Source: Candidatus Velamenicoccus archaeovorus (GTDB taxonomy: Bacteria; Omnitrophota; Gorgyraeia; Velamenicoccales; Velamenicoccaceae). From it: a DNA stretch of 32,000 nucleotides. How positions within the stretch are numbered: the stretch's first letter is position 1; each line of letters starts with the position of its first letter. The translations under genes were made by a program, and so were the position numbers. The DNA is taken from assembly GCF_004102945.1 (NCBI RefSeq), contig NZ_CP019384.1:1740001-1772000 (forward strand), written 5' to 3'. The notes beneath the pieces were generated by a model. It did not search any database. It was not told the origin of the DNA and worked only from the letters and a program-made list of their open reading frames with translations. Below, in pieces: positions 8,414-16,450 of this stretch.

Positions 8414-8450
8414 TAATGAGACTTTAAGGCCAGACCTTAAAGTCTCATTA
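8414..8450. repeat. REP-like 37-bp perfect palindrome, copy 1
   Basis: The sequence is TAATGAGACTTTAAGG-CCAGA-CCTTAAAGTCTCATTA (16-bp stem, 5-nt loop). Its last three bases are the pyrB stop codon (TAA on the minus strand). Confidence 0.85.
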
Positions 8451-9557
8451 ACTTGTTTGGCCGCTTACCGGCTCACCCGTTAACCCGCTCACCCGCTTAG
8501 TGTAATCTCTGACACTCTGACTCTCCGATACTCCGACACTCGGCCCGCCCGCCGATGATCCATCCGGAGGAACGTGGACTTCCGTCTTTGCGGGCCTTGC
8601 TCGCCTCGCCTTGCGGCTTTCATTGGCCTGGGACACCAGAAAAAGAACGGCCATGCGCACCGCAATGCCATTGGTGACCTGCTCTAAAATGACGGAGTTC
8701 GCTCCATCCGCCACTTCGCTCGACATCTCGATCCCCCTGTTGATGGGACCGGGGTGCATGACGATGATGTTCTTCTTGGCCTTCTTGAGCCGTTCCTCCG
8801 TAATGCCGAAATTCTTGAAATACTCCAGCTGCTGCGGAAAGGCGTCGCCCGAATCGCGCTCGAACTGCATGCGCAGAACATTGACGGCATCGGCTTCGGC
8901 GAGCGCCTCCTGAATGTCATGCGTCACCGAAACCCCCATCTCTCCGATGCACGGCGGGATCAGCATGGGCGGCGCACAGACGGTCACGCGGGCCCCCAGT
9001 TTCGTCAACCCCCAGATGTTGGAACGGGCCACGCGCGAATGGGCGATATCCCCGACGATAGCGACACGGACCCCCTCGATGTGTCCCAGTTTTTCCTTCA
9101 AGGTAAAGATGTCCAGGAGGGCCTGGGTCGGATGCTCGTGCCATCCGTCGCCGGCATTGACGACACTCGCCCCCACATGACGCGCCAGCATGACGGCCGC
9201 CCCGGAATAGGAGTGGCGCATGACGATCATATCGACTTTCAGGGCCTCGATGTTGCGGCCGGTATCGATCAGGGTTTCACCCTTGCGCACGCTCGACGTC
9301 TCCGTCGCGATGTTGATAACGTCCGCCGAAAGCCTCTTGGCGGCGATCTCAAACGAGATACGCGTACGGGTGGAAGGCTCGTAGAAAAGGTTCACAATGG
9401 TCTTGCCGCGCAGCGCCGGCACCTTCTTGATCGGGCGGCCGATGACCTCTTTGAAAGATTCCGCGGTCGAAAGGATAAGCGTTATCTCGCCGGCCGAGAG
9501 CTCTTTCAAACCCAGCAGGTCCTTGCGTTCCCAGGAAGGATTCCGTGTCATATTCAT
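8448..9557 (-). CDS. pyrB: aspartate carbamoyltransferase catalytic subunit with an unusual C-terminal extension of about 45-60 aa
   Basis: 369 aa. It carries STRTR, the HP.Q region, HPGP and the [10 protein letters not shown] end of a normal PyrB. A low-complexity tail follows (...[41 protein letters not shown]...). Confidence 0.92.
   Translation of the reverse strand: MNMTRNPSWERKDLLGLKELSAGEITLILSTAESFKEVIGRPIKKVPALRGKTIVNLFYEPSTRTRISFEIAAKRLSADVINIATETSSVRKGETLIDTGRNIEALKVDMIVMRHSYSGAAVMLARHVGASVVNAGDGWHEHPTQALLDIFTLKEKLGHIEGVRVAIVGDIAHSRVARSNIWGLTKLGARVTVCAPPMLIPPCIGEMGVSVTHDIQEALAEADAVNVLRMQFERDSGDAFPQQLEYFKNFGITEERLKKAKKNIIVMHPGPINRGIEMSSEVADGANSVILEQVTNGIAVRMAVLFLVSQANESRKARRARPAKTEVHVPPDGSSAGGPSVGVSESQSVRDYTKRVSGLTGEPVSGQTS
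8461..8540. repeat. 8-nt periodic degenerate array (10 units)
   Basis: The units are CCGCTTAC CGGCTCAC CCGTTAAC CCGCTCAC CCGCTTAG TGTAATCT CTGACACT CTGACTCT CCGATACT CCGACACT. The array lies inside the pyrB C-terminal extension. A period of 8 is incompatible with a codon repeat. Confidence 0.6.
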
Positions 9558-10108
9558 GCGTCTTTCTCCAGGACTACGACCTCGTCGCGGCCTTCGGATT
9601 CCTCCAGCCGCACCTCGACGGTTTCCTTCGGCGAGGTCGGGATGTTCTTACCGACGTAATCTGCGCGGATAGGCAGCTCCCTGTGTCCCCGGTCGACCAA
9701 AACCGCCAACTGGATGAACTGCGGCCGGCCAAAATCAATGATCTCGTCTAAGGCCGCCCGCACGGTGCGGCCGGTATACAGCACGTCGTCAACAAGGACC
9801 ACTTTCTTGTCTGAAATATCGAAATCGATCTCGGTTTTATGGACGACCGGCTGTTGGGCGATAGAACTCAGATCGTCCCTATAAAGCGTGATATCGAGGA
9901 GCCCGACAGGCGGCGTCACGCCGTCCACCTTGCCGATCAAGGCCGCCAGCCTCTGCGCCAAAAACGCCCCGCGCGTGCAGATGCCGACGATGGCGATGTC
10001 TTGCGTCCCCTTGTTTTTTTCCACGATCTCATGCGCCATACGCAAAAGAACGCGGTTCAAACCGGCCTTGTCCATGATCCTGGCTCTTTCTTTCATGGCA
10101 TAATCCAT
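9554..10108 (-). CDS. pyrR: bifunctional pyrimidine operon regulator / uracil phosphoribosyltransferase
   Basis: 184 aa. It has a PRTase fold with [13 protein letters not shown] and N-terminal [12 protein letters not shown]. Its stop overlaps the pyrB start (ATGA). The true start may be the internal MKERARIM, 4 codons downstream. Confidence 0.92.
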   Translation of the reverse strand: MDYAMKERARIMDKAGLNRVLLRMAHEIVEKNKGTQDIAIVGICTRGAFLAQRLAALIGKVDGVTPPVGLLDITLYRDDLSSIAQQPVVHKTEIDFDISDKKVVLVDDVLYTGRTVRAALDEIIDFGRPQFIQLAVLVDRGHRELPIRADYVGKNIPTSPKETVEVRLEESEGRDEVVVLEKDA

Positions 10109-10146
10109 TTTCCCGATATAATCCTCGACATAATCATGGATTATGC

Positions 10147-10620
10147 CTGATTACACCGATTAAAAACTGATATCACAGATTAAAAAATAAACCGCTTGAT
10201 TTGACAGCTCTTATTATTAAAATTAACCTCTAACCCGACAGGCAACCGAGAAACTTTCAAATAAGACAATATTTGATGTCCAAATACATCCGGAATATTG
10301 CCGGTGACGGCTTTTACTTCAAGAACGACTTTATTCTCTACAACTAAATCCAGCCTTAAAGAACCCACCTTTTTATCTTTAAATTTAACCTGGTAATCTT
10401 TTTCCACTGCGTATTGCAGACCTTTTTCTTCAAATGCCAACTTTAGAGCGTTGGAATATACTCTCTCATTAAAGCCGGGGCCCAATTCCGAATGAACCCT
10501 GAAACAACATCCGATAATTTTTTCAGTTAGAGAATCATCAATTCCCGCCATAAGCCCTTAACTGTTACGCCTCTAGCTTTAATCCGTGTAATCAGAATTA
10601 ATAATCTGCGTAATCGTTCT
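10147..10620. mobile_element. AT-rich gene cassette bounded by inverted paired repeats (possible small selfish element)
   Basis: Four copies of a roughly 16-nt motif, GATTAC(A/G)CNGATTA, are present. Two lie at the left end (10149..10164, 10169..10184). Two lie in inverted orientation at the right end (10578..10593, 10604..10619). The outer 18-mers CTGATTACACCGATTAAA and TTTAATCCGTGTAATCAG are reverse complements with one mismatch. The interior is visibly AT-richer than the flanks. Confidence 0.4.
10180..10551 (-). CDS. GxxExxY family protein (PD-(D/E)XK nuclease-like)
   Basis: 123 aa. The sequence IIGCCFRVHSELGPGFNERVYSNAL contains the family-defining G-x-x-E-x-x-Y motif. It is followed by DLVVENKVVLEVKA (D...E.K nuclease core). 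Confidence 0.8.
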   Translation of the reverse strand: MAGIDDSLTEKIIGCCFRVHSELGPGFNERVYSNALKLAFEEKGLQYAVEKDYQVKFKDKKVGSLRLDLVVENKVVLEVKAVTGNIPDVFGHQILSYLKVSRLPVGLEVNFNNKSCQIKRFIF

Positions 10621-10622
10621 TC

Positions 10623-10653
10623 AAAAAAACACCCGCGTCTTTGGGGCGCGGGT
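10623..10653 (-). terminator. rho-independent terminator of the glycosyltransferase/rsmI/glmS transcription unit
   Basis: The minus strand reads ACCCGCG-CCCCAAAGA-CGCGGGT followed by GTTTTTTT. Confidence 0.8.
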
Positions 10654-10791
10654 TCTCAAATTATCCTGAATATAATGCGTCATGATTCATCTCATCCTTG
10701 CCGGTTTCTCTGAACCGGCTTAAAGGCATTTCAAAAAATATAACACGCTTTAGCCGCACTGTCAAGACGATTTTCCCGCCCCCCCCTCGTC

Positions 10792-12372
10792 TTATCTGGG
10801 CATATCTTTATCTCTGCAATAGATGACCAGGGGGCTGGCGGCCATAGATCCCTGAGGCGCCCTGACAAACCCCCTTGAAGCCAAAAGATGCCTGTCCAAA
10901 GGAAGGGTGCATTCAAACAAAAGGACTTGCGGGGAAAATATTCTCAAAAAATCTTTTAAGTTATTTGAAGACAATGTGTTATGGCTCGGAAGAACAACAA
11001 TAGACCTCTCCAGGCCGATGTTGCCGACAACATACTCCGTGGTTGCGATGAGATCGTCCTTTTTCGTATGGGAAAGGACCCATTCTTTGGCCGCTTTCAG
11101 GCTTGTCTCTTTGGCATGGGCCCTGTCCTCCTGCCAGTAAACATCCAGGACGCGGACAGCCTGGTACATATTGGCAAGCAGGATGACCGCAAACACAATA
11201 TGAAAGAAAACCTTTCCGGTCCTGGGCAGGAACTTCACGCAGAAATCTCTCAAGCCCATTCCTCCGAGGATCAATAGACACGCCGCAGGCAAAAGAAGAA
11301 AACGCGTCCAGCTGAATTCTCCAATCATCATGTAGGGATAAAATCCGACGCTCGCCGCCATCTGCGCGATGGCCAGAAATAGCAGCAGCTTTTCTGCGCG
11401 GCTGCCCCGGCGCAGAATGCCGAACGCCGCCCAAAGAGCAGGAACCACAAGAACCCGCAAGATGCAAAACAGAACATAAAACATCTGCGCCGTGTTGACT
11501 CCCGCAAGGGAGGCAAAACAGCCGCCCCGCAAAAGAGGCAGGAGCGCCGGCGTCCTGTCCAGGAATATGCCGCCCGTCAGGCGCGTGGCCCAAAAATAAT
11601 TTTTGAACGCCAAGGGGTATTGAGGAAAGAAAGAGCCGTAACGCCGCCAGATAAACCCTTCCCACAACAAAAGGAGCACGGTATAGACGCCGGCAAAAAA
11701 GGCGGCATGCCTCCAGGGCCTGGCCTCGCCGGGCCGCGCCATGACCATGGCCAGGGCAAAGACGTAGGGATAAAAAACGGCGGCGGAGCGGACCAAAAAA
11801 CCAAAAAACAAGAGACCCGCCAGCCCTGTTAGAAACAACCTGTCCCACTTTTCCCTTGAAACAAACATCAGGATAGCCGAGAGGGTGACCAAGAGACTCC
11901 ACGGCTCCGTAAGAATCCTCAGCAGGGTGATCTGGGTGCAAACGCTCCCGACGAGAATAACGGATGCCCAAAAAGCCACGCCGCGGTCCCGGTATATGCG
12001 CATGGCGATCGCAGCGACAAGCAGGCCGTTGACGGCCGCCGGCACAAACCCGCCCAGAACCAGGCCCTTGAGCGAAAACCCCAGGGACAATGCCCCTGCC
12101 AGCAAAACAGACAACCCCGCATGGACAAAAGGCAGGGCCGGCGCGGCGATGCCTTTCCAAAATTGATAAACATTAAATGTGCAGAGGAATCCTTCGCCTG
12201 ACTGAAGGTGACGCGCGATATCAAGATAGAGGAAGGTATCCGAAGAATTGTTATAGACAGACGTGTCGAGGACAAAGGCCGTCAGAAAAGACGGCAAAAG
12301 GACGGCGGCCAGGCAGAGGAACAATACGAAGTAAAACGGCAGGTCCTTTTTAGAATGCGCGCGTAAGCTCAT
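10792..12372 (-). CDS. polytopic membrane protein, GT-C fold glycosyltransferase-like (ArnT/PMT-type)
   Basis: 526 aa with more than 10 hydrophobic helices over the first roughly 400 aa and a soluble C-terminal domain. The topology resembles GT39/GT83 enzymes; the family was assigned by eye only. Its start overlaps the rsmI stop by 1 nt. Confidence 0.6.
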   Translation of the reverse strand: MSLRAHSKKDLPFYFVLFLCLAAVLLPSFLTAFVLDTSVYNNSSDTFLYLDIARHLQSGEGFLCTFNVYQFWKGIAAPALPFVHAGLSVLLAGALSLGFSLKGLVLGGFVPAAVNGLLVAAIAMRIYRDRGVAFWASVILVGSVCTQITLLRILTEPWSLLVTLSAILMFVSREKWDRLFLTGLAGLLFFGFLVRSAAVFYPYVFALAMVMARPGEARPWRHAAFFAGVYTVLLLLWEGFIWRRYGSFFPQYPLAFKNYFWATRLTGGIFLDRTPALLPLLRGGCFASLAGVNTAQMFYVLFCILRVLVVPALWAAFGILRRGSRAEKLLLFLAIAQMAASVGFYPYMMIGEFSWTRFLLLPAACLLILGGMGLRDFCVKFLPRTGKVFFHIVFAVILLANMYQAVRVLDVYWQEDRAHAKETSLKAAKEWVLSHTKKDDLIATTEYVVGNIGLERSIVVLPSHNTLSSNNLKDFLRIFSPQVLLFECTLPLDRHLLASRGFVRAPQGSMAASPLVIYCRDKDMPR

Positions 12373-13028
12373 CAGAACACGACCACAAATTCACCTTTTG
12401 GCCTCGACCGCCGACGCAGCTGGTCCGCAACGCAACCGGCATCGCCGCGCAGCACCTCTTCAAATTTCTTCGTGATCTCGCGGACAACGGCAATGGGCCT
12501 CTCCCCAAGGACCTCGCGCATATCTTCGAGCGCAGACAGGATGCGGTGCGGAGATTCATAAGCAACGACGGTTGCCTTGAGGACTGCCAATTCCTTGAGC
12601 CGCTTCTTGCGGGCGGCGGATTTGACGGGCAAGAAACCCTCAAAGAAGAAGCGGTTGGCTGGAAATCCGCTGGCGGAAAGGGCGCTAATCAGGGCCGTCG
12701 GCCCCGGGATGGGTGTTACAGGGATGTTTGCGTCCAGGGCGGAGCGGATAAGGTTGAATCCTGGATCGCTGATGCCGGGCGTGCCGGCATCAGAGACAAG
12801 GGCGACCGCCTTGCCCTCCCGCAGCAACCCCATGAGATGCTCGCCGCGGACGATCTTGTTATATTCATAATAGCTGCATAAGGGTTTCTTGATGCCGTAG
12901 GCTTCGCAAAGGATCTTCGTGCGACGGGTATCTTCGCAGGCGATCAGGTCGACGGACTTTAACACCTCGACGGCGCGGTAAGTGATGTCGCCCAAATTGC
13001 CTATAGGTGTCGAAACAATATACAACAT
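12372..13028 (-). CDS. rsmI: 16S rRNA (cytidine1402-2'-O)-methyltransferase
   Basis: 218 aa. The N-terminus MLYIVSTPIGNLGDITYRAVEVLKSVDLIACEDTRRT is canonical for RsmI. Confidence 0.92.
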   Translation of the reverse strand: MLYIVSTPIGNLGDITYRAVEVLKSVDLIACEDTRRTKILCEAYGIKKPLCSYYEYNKIVRGEHLMGLLREGKAVALVSDAGTPGISDPGFNLIRSALDANIPVTPIPGPTALISALSASGFPANRFFFEGFLPVKSAARKKRLKELAVLKATVVAYESPHRILSALEDMREVLGERPIAVVREITKKFEEVLRGDAGCVADQLRRRSRPKGEFVVVF

Positions 13029-13034
13029 AAGGCA

Positions 13035-13111
13035 GTTAACGTGTTGACGTGTTAACGAGTTGACGGGTTAAAGATTTATGCGCTCGCTTATTCATACGCT
13101 CGTTTACTTAT
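13035..13111. repeat. 8-nt periodic degenerate array between glmS and rsmI
   Basis: The units are GTTAACGT GTTGACGT GTTAACGA GTTGACGG GTTAAAGA, then TTTATGCG CTCGCTTA TTCATACG CTCGTTTA CTTATTTA. The first half is related to the reverse complement of the array at 8461..8500. Confidence 0.6.
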
Positions 13112-14914
13112 TTATTCAACGGTGACCGACTTGGCTAAATTCCGCGGCTGGTCGACGTTGCACCCGCGGAAGACCGCGATATCATAGGCAAGGATCTGCA
13201 GAGGCAGGGCCACGAGAAGAGGCGAAAGGAATTCGTCCGTCTTAGGCGTATAGATCACTTCTGGCGTATGCAGGCGGATATGATGATCGCCTTTTGTGGC
13301 GATCGCAATGATCCTGCCGGAACGCGCCCTGATCTCCTGGATATTGGAAATCATCTTGTCGTAGATCTTCGATTGCACCGCGATACAGACGACGGCCCGG
13401 TATTCGTCGATCAACGCGATGGGACCGTGTTTCATCTCTCCGGCCGCATACCCTTCCGCCGGAATATAGGAGATCTCCTTGAGTTTCAACGCCCCTTCAA
13501 GGGCTGAAGGATAGTTGATGTTGCGGCCCAGGAAAAGGAAGCTGCCGAAATGGTGGTGACGAGAGGCGACTCTCTGGATCTGACTGCGGGAACGCAAGAC
13601 CTCTTCCTGCAGCGCCGGGATGCGGAGCAAAGACTTCCACGCCTGCCGGTAAGACGTCTCCGTCATCTTCTTGCGCCGCAAAGCCAATTCCAGCCCCAGC
13701 ATGTAAAAAACGCCCAACTGCGCGGTGTAGGCTTTGGTCGAAGCCACGCCGATCTCCGGCCCTGCCAGCGTATAAAAAATCTGGTCGGACTCCCGCGTGA
13801 GGCTTGAGCCGACGACGTTACAGATGGAAACGATCCTGGCGCCGTTTTTTTTGGCCTCCCGCACAGCGGCCAGGGTATCAGCCGTTTCCCCCGACTGGCT
13901 GACGGCAATGACAAGTGTCCGTCTGTCCACGAGCGGATGACGATAACGGAATTCCGAAGACAGATCCACCCAGACCGGAAGCCGTGCCAATGATTCGATG
14001 ACATACTTTCCTACCAGCCCGGCGTGGTAGGCGGTGCCGCAAGCGACGACAACGATCTGCTTGATATCGCGGGGGCACATCAACGACTTGATCTCGCGGC
14101 GGCCGCTGGAAAAAAGCTTTCTTAAAACCTGCGGCTGCTCATAGATCTCCTTGAGCATGAAATGCGGATATCCCCCCTTGCGGGCGCTCTCGGCGTCCAT
14201 CGTGATCTTGTCGAATTTGACAGGGATCTTCTTGCCGTTGGACCCCAGGACAGTCAAGGTGCGGCCGCAAAGCACGGCCACCTGCTTGTCCTTGAGGTAA
14301 ACAACGCGGCGGCAATGTTCCAGGATTGCCGGTACGTCTGAAGCGATAAACAGGCCTTCTGGCCCGTCGGCGGCAATGAGCGGGCTGTCCTGGCGCGCGC
14401 AGACAACCTTGCCGGGCTCTAAACTTGAGACGACGCCCAGAGCGAAGCTGCCCTCGACATCCTGCAAGGCGCGGATCACGGCCTTCTCGAGGTTGCCACG
14501 GTAATATTTCTCAATCAGATGGGCGAGGACTTCAGTGTCCGTCTGGGAAACAAAACGATGCCCCTGCCGCAGAAGGGCCTCTTTCAATTTCAGGTAATTC
14601 TCGATGATGCCGTTGTGGACAACCATGAACTTTTTGTCGCAACTGGCATGAGGGTGGGCATTGATGTCATTGGGGGCGCCGTGCGTGGCCCAGCGCGTGT
14701 GGGCGATGCCGACGGTCGCTTCCGGCAGGGGTCTTGTGCCGATCAACTGGACCAGGTCATGGATCTTGCCCTTTGTCTTGCGCTGGAAGACCTCTGCGCC
14801 CGAGACAACGGCGATCCCGGCCGAATCATATCCTCTGTATTCCAGCCGTTTAAGGCCGGAGAGGAGGAACGGAACAGCTTGTTTTTTCCCGACGTATCCG
14901 ACTATGCCGCACAT
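13112..14914 (-). CDS. glmS: glutamine--fructose-6-phosphate aminotransferase
   Basis: 600 aa. It has MCGIVGY with an N-terminal nucleophile Cys, two SIS domains and a C-terminal ...PRNLAKSVTVE. Confidence 0.96.
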   Translation of the reverse strand: MCGIVGYVGKKQAVPFLLSGLKRLEYRGYDSAGIAVVSGAEVFQRKTKGKIHDLVQLIGTRPLPEATVGIAHTRWATHGAPNDINAHPHASCDKKFMVVHNGIIENYLKLKEALLRQGHRFVSQTDTEVLAHLIEKYYRGNLEKAVIRALQDVEGSFALGVVSSLEPGKVVCARQDSPLIAADGPEGLFIASDVPAILEHCRRVVYLKDKQVAVLCGRTLTVLGSNGKKIPVKFDKITMDAESARKGGYPHFMLKEIYEQPQVLRKLFSSGRREIKSLMCPRDIKQIVVVACGTAYHAGLVGKYVIESLARLPVWVDLSSEFRYRHPLVDRRTLVIAVSQSGETADTLAAVREAKKNGARIVSICNVVGSSLTRESDQIFYTLAGPEIGVASTKAYTAQLGVFYMLGLELALRRKKMTETSYRQAWKSLLRIPALQEEVLRSRSQIQRVASRHHHFGSFLFLGRNINYPSALEGALKLKEISYIPAEGYAAGEMKHGPIALIDEYRAVVCIAVQSKIYDKMISNIQEIRARSGRIIAIATKGDHHIRLHTPEVIYTPKTDEFLSPLLVALPLQILAYDIAVFRGCNVDQPRNLAKSVTVE

Positions 14915-14968
14915 TAGTTTTGCCCCTATGAATAGGTGTTATTCCTTACAAAACTAACCCCGAGTGTA

Positions 14969-15002
14969 CCACAGAAATTTCGAACCGTCGAAATTTCTGT
15001 GG
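14969..15002 (-). promoter_or_regulatory. perfect 15-bp stem / 4-nt loop hairpin in the glmS 5' leader
   Basis: The sequence is CCACAGAAATTTCGA-ACCG-TCGAAATTTCTGTGG. It lies 55 nt upstream of the glmS ATG inside a 260-nt AT-rich spacer. No U-tract follows. Confidence 0.5.
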
Positions 15003-15174
15003 TGTTCACACAAGAGGTAAATAATCACGGTGCCGTAGAAACAAAGAGTCGCAGAGTGAAAAACCTTCAGAAATCTAACCGTTACTTTAATAATGAGGCT
15101 ATTCAGGACAGACCTATTTTGTCTCCCTAAGCCGTTTCCACCAACCCGTTTACTCTGACTCTTCAATACTGTCT

Positions 15175-15723
15175 TTATTTAAAAACCTCTATCCTCTCCC
15201 GCGGGGCGCCGCAGAGAGGACACTTGCCCGGGGGTTCTCCCTCGTGGGTATACCCGCAAACCTTGCACACATAAAGGGACGGATAATCCATGTCCTTTTT
15301 GGCTTCCACGGCTTCTTTGGCCTTCTGAAAAAGCTTGGCATGTTCCTTTTCCGTCTCCAAGGCCCACAAAAAAGAACGCTCGGCGTTCTTCTCGCCCTGG
15401 AATTCCGCCGTGTTTTTATAAGTCGGGTACATCTCGTTGATCTCGAAATTCTCGCCTTCCAACGCATTCGCCAGATTTTCCTTGGTGTGGCCGATGCCGA
15501 AACCGGCCATGGCGTTGACCAAAAAAGCCCCGGTCAGATCTTTGTGGACGGAAAAATGGCTGGTCGCGTGGATCTGTTCGGCGAAGGAAACGGCATGGAA
15601 AAGCTTGCCGATCTTTGGAAAACCTTCTTTTTGGGCCACGTCTCCCCAGATCTTATAGCGCATGTGTGCCTGCGATTCTCCGCCGAATGCCGAACGTAAA
15701 TTTGCCGCTGTCATGTCATGCAT
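15175..15723 (-). CDS. rbr: rubrerythrin
   Basis: 182 aa. It has a diiron four-helix bundle (E..H motifs) plus a C-terminal rubredoxin-like CKVCG...CPLCG. Confidence 0.9.
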   Translation of the reverse strand: MHDMTAANLRSAFGGESQAHMRYKIWGDVAQKEGFPKIGKLFHAVSFAEQIHATSHFSVHKDLTGAFLVNAMAGFGIGHTKENLANALEGENFEINEMYPTYKNTAEFQGEKNAERSFLWALETEKEHAKLFQKAKEAVEAKKDMDYPSLYVCKVCGYTHEGEPPGKCPLCGAPRERIEVFK

Positions 15724-15776
15724 ATTCCACCCCCCGATATCTCAAAACCAAAAAACACCACATCCTCAACAGTGCG

Positions 15777-16304
15777 TTAAAGAAGGCAACCTTCCTGCGA
15801 ATTGATGCATTTGATGCGCAGAAGCTCGCCGAATTTTTTCAAGTGTTCCCTTTCTTCGGAGAGAATTTTTGCAAAAGCCCCTTTGGCCTTGGGGTCCGAC
15901 GTCCGGGACAAACATGCTTCATAGAAAACAACGGAACGCCTCTCCATGTTCAGGGCCTCTTCCAGGGCCGTATGACGATGGTCCATCCGTGAAGCCTCCT
16001 GCAGCTCCTGAGAGGTATCAAATACCTTTGAAGAAACATACTGGACGATGTCATCCTCTTCAAAGGCATCGTCGGCGCCGCTCTTGACGGCATCCAGGTA
16101 TTTTTGGAACGTCTTCAAATGTTCTCTCTCTTCCTGAATAAGGAAGCTGATCTCGTGCCTGGCCTCCTGGTCTTTCACTTTTTTGGCCAAGTCTTCATAA
16201 AAACGTATCCCATCCTCTTCCATGCGCACAGCCACTTTGAAAGCCTGGACAGGACTGAAATCAAAGATAACGATCATTCCGTTTTTGTCGATATCTACAC
16301 GCAT
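15777..16304 (-). CDS. ferritin-like / rubrerythrin-family diiron protein (no rubredoxin domain)
   Basis: It carries two E-x-x-H-containing helices (QEEREHL, SEEREHL). The track starts at the GTG at 16316, but the ATG at 16304 has a GGAGGGG RBS 4 nt upstream and is preferred. Confidence 0.75.
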   Translation of the reverse strand: MRVDIDKNGMIVIFDFSPVQAFKVAVRMEEDGIRFYEDLAKKVKDQEARHEISFLIQEEREHLKTFQKYLDAVKSGADDAFEEDDIVQYVSSKVFDTSQELQEASRMDHRHTALEEALNMERRSVVFYEACLSRTSDPKAKGAFAKILSEEREHLKKFGELLRIKCINSQEGCLL

Positions 16305-16450
16305 GATCCCCTCCACTCTCTCTCAGAATGGTTCCGAAGAAATTAACCGCGTTTATAGAAAGCAAAGGCCCCGTTAAAACATGGATACGAGATCCTTGTC
16401 TCTAACGGGGCGCATCGCTCTGGGACAGTTTAGGCTCGTGTCCGGGAGTA

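Noticed and set aside
7116-9659. Plus-strand ORFs of 312 aa (7116..8054) and 301 aa (8754..9659).
   Set aside because: They are antisense shadows of pyrC and pyrB. They have Arg/Gly/Asp-rich composition and no start context.
10109-10146. A PyrR-binding attenuator (ARUCCAGAGAGGYU box) upstream of pyrR, or between pyrR and pyrB.
   Set aside because: No such box is visible. pyrR/pyrB overlap, leaving no leader, and the pyrR upstream region is only 38 nt before the GxxExxY cassette begins.
10979-12160. A 393-aa minus-strand ORF in an alternative frame inside the glycosyltransferase gene.
   Set aside because: It is fully nested in the 526-aa membrane-protein frame, which has coherent transmembrane periodicity. 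The alternative frame is Arg/Gly/Pro/Cys-rich, as expected for an off-frame in GC-rich DNA.
14915-15174. A glmS ribozyme upstream of glmS.
   Set aside because: The core motifs (GACGAGG, CGGCGGAUGCC, the GCGCC P1 helix) were not found on the minus strand by eye. This needs cmsearch to be certain.
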